From positions 186,001-250,000 of the forward strand of contig MCFH01000055.1 of the NCBI GenBank assembly GCA_002104945.1: a stretch of 64,000 nt of DNA, written 5' to 3'. A program made the translations under genes and the position numbers. The notes under the pieces are model-generated. The model was given only the letters and a program-made list of their open reading frames with translations. It had not been told where the DNA came from and did no database searches. Numbering within the stretch: the first letter of the stretch is position 1; each line of letters starts with the position of its first letter. Source of the DNA: Piromyces finnis finn (taxonomy: Eukaryota > Fungi > Neocallimastigomycota). This document shows, piece after piece, positions 25,850 through 46,441 of the stretch.

Positions 25850-27819
25850 ATGTAAAGTTAATTAAATTTATTTTTGAAAAAAAAAAAAAAAGCTTATATA
25901 TATAAGATTATTCCTATAAAAATTCTTTAAAATTACTAAAGTCTTATTATTATATATATATCTGTCTATCTTTGTATAAAAATATTTATATTTTGTTAAT
26001 ATAATAATATTAAAAGGGGAAAGCAATGTCAATTAGTTATAGGACCTGCAGGTTCTGGAAAAGTAACGCTATGTTGTCATATTTATTATATTATAATTTT
26101 TTAAATTTTAAAATATATATGTATTATTATTTAAAAAGAGCTGAATGAAAATTTTTAATATTTTTATATATATTCTATGAAATATAAAATTTCATTTTAA
26201 TGTTTAATTTTATAAACTTATTAGAGTACTTATTGTAGAACTATTATGTCTCACTGTCAATCTATAAAAAGATCTGTTCATTTAGTAAATTTAGATCCAG
26301 CTGCTGAAAATTTCGAATATGAACCAACCATCGGTAAATATATTTACTATTATTAAAGATAAAATTTAAAAATAAAATTGAATAAAGGAATAGCGTTTTT
26401 TATTTTATTAAATTCAAAATTTAACAATATAAAGATATCAGAGATTTAATTACTCTTGACGATGTTATGGAAGAATTAGACTATGGACCAAACGGTGGTC
26501 TCGTTTATTGTATGGAGTATGTATTATTGTATTATATATCTATTTCAAATTTGAAATGTCTTTTTTTTTTATTAATTTTTTTTTTTTTTTTTTTTAATTA
26601 ATAAAAAAAGATTTTTAATTAACAATATAAATTGGTTAGAAGAAGAATTAAACAACTATGAAGATGATTATTTAATTTTTGATTGTCCAGGTAAATTTTT
26701 GAATCAATTGAACAATTATTTCAATTTTTTTATTTTTCTTTTTACAAAAAACAAAACAAAACAAAACAACTTTGTTACAAAATCAAAAGTTTAGTACTTT
26801 TATTTATATATTTAATTAAATATGCAACATAATTTTTAAAATGTATTTTACTTTATAATTTTATATTCAACATTTCAATTAAAATTTCTAAAATGAATTT
26901 CAACGTACATCATAATTAAATTTACATATTAACATTTAAATTATTGATATGTATTTGAATATTATATTTAATCCTATTTATGAAATGATATCATTCCTTG
27001 TTATTATATATATATTTAAAAAAAAAAATACCTATGGGAATGATGATATAGGTCAAATTGAATTATATACTCATTTTCCAATTATGAAAACTATTGTTCA
27101 AACATTACAAAAATATGATTATAATGTTTGCTGTGTATATTTATTAGATAGTCAATTCATTGAAGATACATCAAAATTCTTTTCTGGTGTTTTAAATGCA
27201 ATGTCAGCAATGATTCAATTAGAAATCCCACATATTAATGTTTTAACAAAAGTAGATTTATTGGATAAAAAAGTTCAAAGATCCAGAGATTTTGAAAGGT
27301 AATTTTGTTAATAATTTCAAAAAGTTATTTATTTTAGAAAAAACAAAAAACACCTTATTTAATATGCTTACCTCTTTATAATACATATTAATTTTCTTTA
27401 ATATCTTATTTAAATATTGATTTTCAAAAAATAAAAATAAAAAAAAAAAAAATAGATATTTAGAAGTAGATTCTTCACTATTGACAGAAGATATTAATAA
27501 TAGAATGAGACCAAGATACCAACATTTAAATGAAGCTATTGTTCAACTTGTATGCTAAAATAATTATAATTAGAATCATTTTTATTATATATATTATATA
27601 TTATTTGATGGTACATTTTATTGAAACTCTATGTATATATTTTTTGTAAAGATTGATGAATATAATATGGTCAATTTCTTACCATTAGATATTTCAGATG
27701 AAGAATCTGTTGCCTATGTTTTAGCTCAAGTAGATAATTCTATACAGTATGGTGAAGACTTGGAAGTAAAGGAACGTGAAGATTTTACTGAAGATGTTGA
27801 TGATGATTATGACTACTGA
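25850..27819 (+). CDS. GPN3: GPN-loop GTPase 3 (multi-exon)
   Basis: Spliced exons give [15 protein letters not shown]|STYC (P-loop), [36 protein letters not shown] and [11 protein letters not shown]. The start codon appears split as AT|G by an intron at 25852-26016. Confidence 0.93.
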
Positions 27820-27878
27820 TAAGAATAAAAATAAAAATAGATAAATTTAATAAATAAAAGTTACTATTATTAATAATA

Positions 27879-27915
<37 letters not shown>

Positions 27916-28462
27916 ACTAAGAAGTTGATAAATATTTTATCTATTCTATTTAAAAAGCATATAAAAATAAATAAATATAACAATATATATAAAGAAAAAA
28001 TAAAAATTATTGAATTAATTGAAAAACAAAAGTTTAAAACTTTTAGATTTTATTAAAGTACGATAACATCAATATATATTGCAATTTTTTTTTTTTTATT
28101 TTTTTTATTTTTTATTTTTTATTTTTATTTTTATTTTTATTTCTATTTTTCATTTTCTTTGTGCAATATTCATTACTTGTAAAAATTAAAAATTAAGAAG
28201 AAATAAGTTACTTTATTTGGTGATTTAAATGTACTTTTGAAATAAAACATATATATGTAAGTAAATTTCATAATTAAAATTTAAATAAAATGGATGGTAT
28301 ATACATTTACATACATACATATTTAAAACATATAATATACATATAAAGAAAGAAAAAAAATAAAAGAAGTTTATTTGATATATTAGGTTGGTATCTTTAA
28401 AAGTTTTCTTATTCATAATAAAAATGATGATTATCTGTTGTTATTATTTTCATAGGCCATTT

Positions 28463-29172
28463 TTATATATTATTTTTCTTTTCAGTAGTTTGATTAGTTT
28501 TAGAAATTTCATTAAGATCATGGGCTAGAGAATATATCTTATTGTTATATTCTGCCTCTTTATTTCCAATTTTACTATGAAGATCAATAAATTGAATAAT
28601 GGTTTCATATTTAGATTGACTTACTAAACAATTTAAATTGGAAGCATTTAAATTAGTATTAATTATACTAAAAAGTTCATTAAATTTCTTTATTTTTTCT
28701 ATATGAATAATGTTGCGATGATATTTTTTTTTTTTTTTTTGTTTCATTTTTATATATATATATAAAAAGAGAATATATACATCATATACATATAAAAAAT
28801 AAAATAATAATAATAATTATAAAAGAATATATAAGTATATATAATTATATATATATATATTTTTTAAATACTTTTTCTTTTCTTCAATAAATTACCTTTC
28901 ATTCTTTCTTTTATAATAGGATTTTGTGTTGAACCTTTTCTATTTATTATTATTATTAGAGATAATAGTAATGACAGTAAAAAAAAACATTAATTTTTTT
29001 TTTTTTAAAATTAACAATATATGTATCTATGTTTAGTTAATAATAAAATATCATAATATATATATTACATATCATTAATAATAGTATTGCCTTGTTCTTC
29101 TAATTGAGTTAATAAATCCAACAACTTTTCTACCATTTCTGTATGTTGGCCATTTGAATTTGTGTTGCTCAT
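28463..29172 (-). CDS. Small helical hypothetical protein (3 exons, about 127 aa)
   Basis: ATG at 29172. The exons MSNTNSNGQHTEMVEKLLDLL...NDI | KGSTQNPIIKERMK | EKIKKFNELF...KKNNI* join in frame through GT..AG introns. Confidence 0.6.
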
Positions 29173-29678
29173 TTTTAATTATTTGAAAAAAATATAAAAA
29201 TAAAAAAAAAAAAAAAATCCAATATTAATTAAATTTCTTTCATAAAAAAAAAAGAAAATAATAATCTTTATATTCTACTACAATTTTCATAATTTTAAGG
29301 TTAAATAAGTATAATAAATGTAAATTTTTTTTAAATAATAAATAATTAATAATAAAGTTCTTCACATTTTATTAACATAAAAGACATTAAAAATTTACTA
29401 TATCTAATATCATAACACCACACAATAATCTTCATCTAAAACATATGAATTTTAATTTTAATATTTAAAAAATTTTCTTTTATTTATTTTTTTAGTTTTT
29501 TTATGTTTTCTTTCTTTGCTTTTTTCACAATTTTTCTCTCATTTTAAGAAAAATATTTTTTTTCGTTTATATTATTATTATTTTTAATTTTAAATTATTA
29601 TAATAATAATTATAAAAAAAATATTCCTAATTTATATAAAATATTTTTTTTCTCTTATAAATGTATCGTTATATGAAC

Positions 29679-30431
29679 TTATAACTTTTCAATCTTAAGA
29701 CCATCCTTGAAAATAGTGAAGTATGGAGTGACACCATCTTCTCTGTAGTTAAGAAGAAGGACAGCACCATCTGGATCCATAGATTCACCAACGTAGAATT
29801 CGTAATCCTTGAAGTTGGCAAGGATCTTCTTGAAAAGAACAACAGCTTCCTTTTCGAATTCTGGAACACGTTCTGGGTTGTTTTCTTGGAGGTACTTTCT
29901 GATGGACTTCATGTATCCCTTCATGTAGATCTTGTAAGAAGCCTTATCGAATTGAGTTTCTTGAAGACGGAAAGAGTAAACGACGTTGTTAACAACTTCA
30001 GCATCTTCTGGGATTGGTCCATCATCTTCTTCTTCAGCAGATGGGTTAGCACCAATATCGAAATCTTGGTTACCAGAAACGGTAATCATCTATTTTTATA
30101 ATAATATTTAAGAACATTATAATTTATACATTAATTTTCTTTCTTTATATTCATATTTCTTTATCACTTCTTTTATAAACATATTTTGCAAATTTGTAAT
30201 AATATTTTTTTTTTCACTTACTTTACAGTCAACTTCAATGGCAACACCGTTACCAATTTCAGTGATCTTGTAAGCATCAGAGACGATTTCGTCACCTTTT
30301 AAATTTTAATAAAATATTTATATATAATACGATAAAAATAATTAATTTCTGTACAACATTTTGGTTTTCTTATTTTTTATTCCATTGCTCCATATTTACA
30401 TACCAGAGATAACGTCACGGTAAAGAATCAT
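29679..30431 (-). CDS. TCTP: Translationally controlled tumour protein (TCTP/Tma19), 3 exons
   Basis: MILYRDVISG|DEIVSDAY...EVDCK|MITV..DIGANPSAEE...FYVGESMDPDG...FKDGL. Many C-ending codons, as expected of a highly expressed gene. Confidence 0.97.
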
Positions 30432-32060
30432 GTTGTTTAAATTATTATTATACTAATTTAAAAATTTAAAAAGTGTGTAGTTCAAAAAATTGGAAATTTT
30501 GATTTATTTTTATAGTAATTTTCTAGCCAATAATAATCACAATAAATCCAAAAAAAAAAAAATTAGCCAATAATTTTATCATATCAAAGCCATATATAAT
30601 ATTAAAGAATTTATTTAAATATATTGATATATATTAAAAATGTTAAATGCAATATAAAAAATATTAAAAAAAAAATCGATTTTTAATACTTAATAATATT
30701 TACATTATTTATATTGTCTTATTATTTTTATATATTTGTATATTAAATATATATGAAATATATATCCCTATATATATTACACAATATAAAATTTTAAAGT
30801 TTTATATAATTTTAATATATAAATGTATTACATTACGTATTATTGTTAAAATGTAACATTGTCATAAAGTAAAACTTTAACATATAATAAATTTATTATT
30901 ATAATATTCTTATTAAAAATTAATATAGATCGAGGCAATTGAATTTATATTTTTCCATTTCAATTTTTTTTATATAAAATACTTGTAAATAATTATAAAT
31001 AATGCTTTAAAAGTATGTATTAATTCTGTGTAAATAAAATAATATTTTAGAAATAATAATTCAATTGAAAAATAAAAAGTTTTATATTTAAGTTGGATAA
31101 ATGAATGAATAAATAAATATTAAAATTTCTATTAAAAAAAAAGTTATCTTGGTAATTAAATTTTTTTTGTAAACAAATTTAAAAAAAAATATTTTAAAAT
31201 GATTGTGGATAAATTTTTAATTAATTTTTATTTCTTTTAATCAAAAAACAAAAATTTATATAACTATTTTATGAAGAGATTAAAGTGAAAATAATTAATT
31301 ATATAGTAATTCTTTTTTATATTTATATAATCATTAAGTTAGTGTAAAGTAGTCTATTTTTATTACAATGTAAAACATGATAATTAATTATTCTTTACTA
31401 TTTTTATTATAATTTATATGGTTAATTTTTTTTAAATATTAATTATATTTTTGATAATTAAACAAAATAATATATTATTATGAATATAATAATATTAAGA
31501 AAGTATAAGATGTGTTATTATTTTTAAAAAATAGAAATGATAATAATAATTACTTGATATTACTTTTATATTATTTTCAAATTATTATATTTAAATTTAT
31601 TCTTATTAAATTAAATAATAAAATATAAACAATTTTGGTATATTTAGTTATGAATATAAATTATAATACATTGTAATAATAATATTAACTGTCAAATGAG
31701 ATGTATAATATGTATAATATTTGTTCTTTTTTTTTATTTAAAAATAAATAAATTCTCTTTAGATTATTATTCATTTTAATTTTATTTAATAAAATTATAA
31801 GATCAAAAAATTTAATTATAAATTGGAACGACTCATTCCAATATTTAATTAAATTAATTAAAAATTTTTATTTTATATTAAACTTTTTTTTTTTTTATTA
31901 CTTAGTATTGCAATAGAATAATAAAAATCTGAAAATTTATTATGTTTTGAATAATATATATATATCAATAATAAATATATATTTAAACTAAGAAATTGAA
32001 AGTAACTATAAATTAAATTCGATTTTGATACCCACTTTTTAAATAAGTATTCATTTTAAA

Positions 32061-39207
<7,147 letters not shown>

Positions 39208-39794
39208 AATAATACTTTTTCTATAAACTTCTTTCCAATTTTAATAAATTATTTAAGAAAGCCCAAATATATATTTCATTTTAATTATAAATTTCATAAA
39301 TTCTAATTATAATAGATCATTATTATTTCTTTTTTATAGTCATATATACAATTTGTAATGCTATCTATACATTTTATTTTATAGTATTTATTTTATGATA
39401 TCTATTATTATAAAAGTATAATTAAAGAACTTTATAGAATATTGAAATTATAATAATAAAGGTATTTTATAAATAAACACTTTTATATTTTAATTTTTAG
39501 TTTTTTTTTTTTCTTTTTTTAATTTTTTAAAATTTTTTGTACCACTTTAATAAATAAAAAAAAATACATAAAATAATAATTTAAATACATATATTTTAAT
39601 TATATGATATCACATGAAATGAAAAAACAAATGGATTTTCTATTATTACTATTTATTCAAAAACTATTTTTTATCATTCTATAGAAAAAGTAGAAAAGTT
39701 AGTGAATATGTTAATAACTACAACTTTATTTTCATAAAAATATAAATATTTCATTGCATAAAAAACAACTGACGTTTATTTTCTTTATTCAAAT

Positions 39795-39836
39795 AAATAT
39801 ACAAATAGGAATTATATAATTCCTATTTGTATATTT
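39795..39836. repeat. Perfect 42-bp spacerless palindrome
   Basis: AAATATACAAATAGGAATTAT|ATAATTCCTATTTGTATATTT is its own reverse complement. Confidence 0.95.
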
Positions 39837-41029
39837 GAAATTAAGGATTAAATTTTTTTTTTTTAAAAAAAAAAAAAATTACTATTAACTTTAATTAAAT
39901 GTATTTTATTAAAAATACAATAATAATTATTAAACTTTCATAGAGTGTTATCAATATTACATATTAAACATCGTTTGACGTTAATATTATTATGTTTGTT
40001 ATTATTAATTAATAACATTGATCTTTTATTTTATAATTTGTTTTTCATTACCTTTTCCTTCAAAATAAAACCATTTAAGCAATTTTTTATATTCACTAAT
40101 ATATTCTAATATATTATATAATATATGTTTTTTATTAAAAATTTATAAACATTAACATAAATTTTACTAAATTTGTATAATAACCTTTTCTTACGATCAT
40201 CATTTTTTAATAGTTATTAGAGTTATATATTTTTGGGTAAACTTGTTTATTATATTTATTTACCATATATTATAATTAATTTGACTTTATTGAATTGATA
40301 ATTCATAATATATTAAAAAAAACTAACTTTTCTTTCTAAAATATATGAAATGAAATATATAATAGGAATATGTGTAATTGAATTAAACACCAATACAATA
40401 TATTATATTAATTAAAAGATATATTATTAAGGTAGTTTTAATGTTTTTTTTTTTTTTTTAAAAAACTTTCAAAACAACATTATTCATAACAAAAAGAAAA
40501 AAAAAAACTAATAATTATATAATAATAATAATAAGAAGAATATAACAACAACAATAATAAAAATCTTATTATTGTAATAATAAAATATCATTTATTTTTT
40601 CATTGTAATTTGTAAACAATAAAAAAAACCATTAAACATAATAAACCTTGTTGAAAAGGCCACTATTATTAATGATTTTTCAATACATTTTATAGCTATT
40701 ATGAAATATTAAATAATAAACAATAGAAAGAGGAAATACAATTAATTTAAAAAAAAATTATTAAAATTAAAAATACAATTAAACATATATATATTTTTTT
40801 TACGAAAAGTTAAAAAAAAAAAAAAAAAAATAAAAAAAATAGGTTTTAATAGAAATAAACGATAGCTTCTTTAATATCAATTATAATAATAAAAGTTAAA
40901 TATATAGAACATAAAACATTTTTCAATCTAATGCAAATATAATTATATAGAATATAAGATATATATAACAAATAAAAAATACAATAAACAATCATATTCA
41001 TAATAAGCATTATTTAATAATAAATAGAA

Positions 41030-44000
41030 ATGGATAGAGATGATATAAATAACAATCCGTTTATGACGTATTCATTTGAAGATGGAAACTATGAAGACGA
41101 CAATGATACTTATGAAATGAACAATTATGACGATGATGTTGGTTTAACAACGGGACAAACCAATTATCAGCAGAAAAATTTTGCTAATAAATATGCACAA
41201 AGAAGTTTAGTAGATAAAATAAAGAATAGTTCCGCATATAACTCAGTAGCTCATGTATTAAATTTAATGAGAGGAAAAGATGATACACCACCTCCACAAG
41301 ATTCCTTTAGATATATCCAAGTAAATATCATAAATACTATATACTAATTTAAATTATAAATTCAAATATTATATATTTATATTTATTATTTTTATAATTT
41401 TTATAATAGTTAAATGATCCAATGACAAATTCATTAGCAAAATATTCTCACAATAGAATTTCAACAGCAAAATACAATGTATTTACATTTTTATATAAAT
41501 TCCTTAAGGAACAATTTTCAAAATATGCCAATGTTTTTTTCTTAGTAACAGCATTAATTCAAGTAACTATTATAGTTTATAAATATTGGAATATAGATTA
41601 TATGTTACATATAAATAAATAATTTACGAGTTATATCAATGAAATTTTACAATACAATCTTTTTTTTTCTAAATTTAGCAAATTCCAGGTGTTTCACCAT
41701 TAAATCCACTTACTACAATTCTTCCTTTATCTTTTGTATTGCTTGTTTCAGCTGTTAAGGAAATATTTGAAGACTATGTAAGCATAAATTATATTTATAA
41801 TATAAATGATAAAATAACTAATTTTGTTTTATTGTAAATAAATAAAAAAAATTAAATAGAAAAGACATATGTCTGATAATGATGAAAATAATAGAAAAAT
41901 CCAAGTATTAGTTGGAAATACATTTGTAGAAAAAAAATGGAGGGATTTGCATGTAGGTGATATTGTTAAAGTTGAAAATTCTAGTTTTTTCCCTGCAGAT
42001 TTAATTTTATTAAGTAGTAGTGAACCAGACGCATTATGTTATATTGAAACTAGTAATTTAGATGGGTAATTATATATATATATACATTCAATTAATTTCG
42101 TAAATATTCTATAGTAGTTTTATAAATTATTAAATTAATTGTATTTAAAAAGTGAAACCAATTTAAAGGTTAGACAAGGTTTGCCTGAAACAGCAAATTT
42201 AACAAATGCAAATGCAGTATCTGAAATTAGAGGTGTTTTAAAATCAGAACAGCCAAATAATAGCTTATATACATATGAAGGTGTTATTGAATTAAATGGA
42301 AAAGAATTACCATTGACTCCAAATCAATTACTTCTTAGAGTAAATATTAATATCATTACTTAAAATATTTTATTTAATTACAGGAATTAAAGAATTTATA
42401 TATATATACATATATATATTTTAAAAGGGATCACAATTAAGAAATACTAAATGGGTTTATGCCATTATTATCAATACTGGTCATGATACAAAATTAATGA
42501 AAAATGCAACGTAAATTTTGATTATTTAAATTGGATTGTTATTCAGTATATAGAATTAAATTAATATATTCTAATAATATATTATATATTTTAATGATTT
42601 TTATAATATTTAATATGTTAAATATATTTATAAATTAAATATATTTATATGTATAGTGAATCTCCAATAAAGCAAACTAATTTAGAAAAAATGACAAATG
42701 TTCAAATTGTATTTTTGTTTGCTATTTTAATAGCGATGTCATTAATTTGCTCAATAGGTTACTTCTTTAAAGATGTAAGAATATTATTAAATTTAATTTC
42801 TTTATTTGTCAAGTTATATATTCATTATTTTTTTTTAACTATAATCAAAAGTTTGCCACTTTTCAAGAAGAAATATTCCATGAAAAATTATTACAAAAAT
42901 TCACAGATATTATTTATGGATTCTTTACATTCATTATTTTGTTTAATAATTTAATTCCAATTAGGTAAAATTTTATTATTTATTTACAACTTTAGATTTT
43001 CAATAAAATAATAAAGAATAGGGTTAATGATCATAAATTCTAATGTTTTTTTTTTTTTTTTTTTTTTTTTTATACATTAATCATAATTATTAAATTTAAA
43101 ATTAATCATAATAGTTTGGTAGTTACAATGGAATTTGTAAAATATGGTCAATCAATTTTGATTAATTCCGATATTGAAATTTATCATGAAGAAACAGATA
43201 CCCCAACTCAATGTAAAACTAGTAATTTAGTTGAAGAATTAGGACAAGTTGAATATATTTTCTCTGATAAAACTGGTACTTTAACATGTAATGTTATGGA
43301 ATTTAAAATGTGTACTATTGCTGGAAAATCTTATGCTAAAATTGTTACCGACGATAAAAGAATTGTTAAAGGTGAAAATGGCGTCGAAAAAGGTTACTAT
43401 GATTTTAATAGATTAATAGACAATTCAAAATCTGATGCTACTGCAGATTCAATAGTAGAATTCTTAACTCTTTTAGCTGTATGCCATACTGTTATTCCAG
43501 AACAAAATGAAAACTCTCCAGAAGGTTATATTTATCAAGCATCTTCACCAGATGAAGGTGCTCTTGTTAAAGGTGCTGCTACACTTGGCTATGTATTTAC
43601 TACTCGTAGACCAAAGAGTGTTACAATTCAAGTTGAAGGACAAGAAAAAGAATATGAGTTATTAAATATTTGCGAATTCAACAGTACAAGAAAGCGTATG
43701 AGTGTTGTTGTTCGTACCCCAGAAGGTCAAATTAAATTATACACTAAAGGTGCTGATACTGTTATTCTTGAAAGATTAGCAGGAAATAACCCATATGTTG
43801 ATCACACTTTAAATCAATTAGAAGAATACGCCACTGAAGGTTTACGTACTTTATGTCTTGCTACTCGTGATATTCCTGAAGATGAATATATTAATTGGAA
43901 TAAAGCGTATGAAAAGGCAGCAACTTCATTAACCAATAGAGCTGCAGAATTAGATAGAGTTGCAGAATCAATTGAAAAGGAATTATTCTTATTAGGTGCT

Positions 44001-45572
44001 ACTGCTATTGAAGATAAATTACAAGATGGTGTTCCAGATACTATTCATACCTTAGCACAAGCTAATATTAAGCTTTGGGTTTTAACTGGTGATAAACAAG
44101 AAACTGCTATTAATATTGGTTATTCATGTAAACTATTAACAGAAGAAATGTCTTTGATTGTATGTAATGAAGAAACCCATAACACTACAAAAGAGTTTAT
44201 TTCAAATCGACTTCGTTCATTAAAAGAAAGTATGCCTTCCTATATTTCCAAAAGAAATTTCCAACAACAAACTCAATCAACAAAAATTAAATCATTAATT
44301 TTTGGTAAGAAAGATGAATCCGTCGATCTTGATGATATTGAACCATTAGCTTTAGTTATTGATGGTAAGTCCTTAGGTTATGCCTTAGAACCAGATATGG
44401 AATTAATGTTTTTAGAACTTGCTACCTTATGTCGAGCTGTTATCTGCTGTCGTGTTAGTCCATTGCAAAAGGCATTAATTGTAAAATTGGTCAAGAAATA
44501 TACTAATTCTATTCTTTTAGCAATTGGTGATGGAGCTAATGATGTTGGTATGATTCAAGCAGCACATGTTGGTGTTGGTATAAGTGGTGTTGAAGGTCTT
44601 CAAGCTGCCAGATCATCTGATTTTGCTATTGCCCAATTTAGATACTTGAGAAAATTATTATTAGTTCACGGTTCATGGTCATATCATAGACTTTCTAAAT
44701 TAATCTTATATTCCTTCTATAAGAATATTGCTATGTTTATGACTCAATTTTGGTTCACATTAGATAACGGTTTTTCAGGACAAACTTTATATGAATCCTG
44801 GACAATTACATCTTATAATGTTATTTTTACTGTATTTTCACCTGTTGTTATTGGTTTATTTGATCAAATTTTGAATGCTAGAATGTTGGATCAATATCCA
44901 CAATTATATAAGATTGGTCAAAAGTCTGAAGTTTTTAATATTAAAATCTTTTGGGGATGGATTATAAATGGTTTTTTCCATTCCTACGCCATTTATCATA
45001 TGACTAAATGGATATGGCATGAATCAATTGTCACAAGTAATGGATATAGTGCAGATTTATGGATGATGGGTATTGTTATGTTCACCATTGTATTGGCCGT
45101 AGTATTATCTAAGGCTATTCTTATCACTAATAATTGGAATAAGTTTACTACTTATGCTACTATTGGTGCTTTTGCTGCATGGGTTATTGGTTTACCAATT
45201 TATGGATGGATTGCACCAAAGCTTCTTGGTATTTCACCAGAATTAATTGGTGTTTCTATGCCACTCTACACTGGTTTAATGTTTTGGGTTTCCGTGTTAG
45301 TTATACCTGTATTCTGTTTATTAAGAGATTATATATGGAAATATTACAAAAGATTCTATAAAACCGAATCCTACCATATTGTACAAGAAATTCAAAAATT
45401 CAATATTCCAGATTATCGTCCAAGAATGGAATGGTTTAGAAAAGCAGTACATAAGGTTCGTATGGTACAACGTTTAAAGAGGAATCGTGGTTATGCTTTT
45501 TCACAAAATGAAGGAGGACAAGCTCGTGTTATTAGAGCTTATGATACTACACAAAATAAACCTATTGGTTAA
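41030..45572 (+). CDS. DRS2: P4-type ATPase phospholipid flippase, Drs2/ATP8A-like (9 exons)
   Basis: Motifs ETSNLDGETNLK, PISL (TM4), DKTGTLT (phosphorylation site), TGDKQETAINIG and GDGANDV. The TM1 QQ motif (LIQ|QIP) and C-terminal GYAFSQ regulatory motif are typical of Drs2/ATP8A. Confidence 0.96.
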
Positions 45573-46164
45573 AAAAAAAATAATAATTAATAAATCATTA
45601 AAATAATACATATTGTTATTAATATAGATCATTAATCATTATTATTACTATGAAAAAGAAAGAGAAAAAAAAAAAAAAGAAAAGTAAAAAAAAAAAAAAG
45701 ACAATACTGTTTTATATACATATAGATTATATATACCTTTTCTATCCTCTTTTTTTTTTTTTTTTTTTTCTCCTACTTCACCTACTTCTTATTATTCATT
45801 TTTGAAATATTTATGTATTGAATAATAATAAATGATTTTTAAAATTTTATATTTTATTATTCTTTTATATAAATAATCAAAAAAAAAAAAATTTTTTTTT
45901 TTTTATTATCATTAGAGTTGTTTTTTTTTTTATTATTATTATTATTATTAGTATTAGTATTAGTAATATTAGTATTTCATTTTATTATTAGTATTTTTTC
46001 CATCTTAAGAAAAGTATAGTATATATTATTCAATTACAGTTAATAAATAAATAAATAAAATATTAATAATCCAAATAATATTTTAATTAATATGATTTTA
46101 TTCTTTTTATTATAAAAATTTATTTTTTAAAAATTAAAACAAAAAACCTCTAATTGAAAATAAA

Positions 46165-46206
<42 letters not shown>

Positions 46207-46441
46207 TATACCATTATTAAAATATATAATAAAATAAAATAAATAAAAAATAAATAAATAAATAAAGCCTATTATAAAAAATAAATTGCAAATTTTAATA
46301 TAAAAAAAAGCATGAGTGTATATTTTTATTATAAATATTTATTATTACTATCATTAATATTTATCTATTAAAATTATAAAAAAAAAAAAAATAAAGTGAC
46401 TATATTATTAAAAAAATAAATAAATAAAAAATAATAATTGA

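Noticed and set aside
28463-29172. Possible Mediator Med10 identity
   Set aside because: Only vague helical similarity (IIQFID); the conserved GRNP motif is absent.
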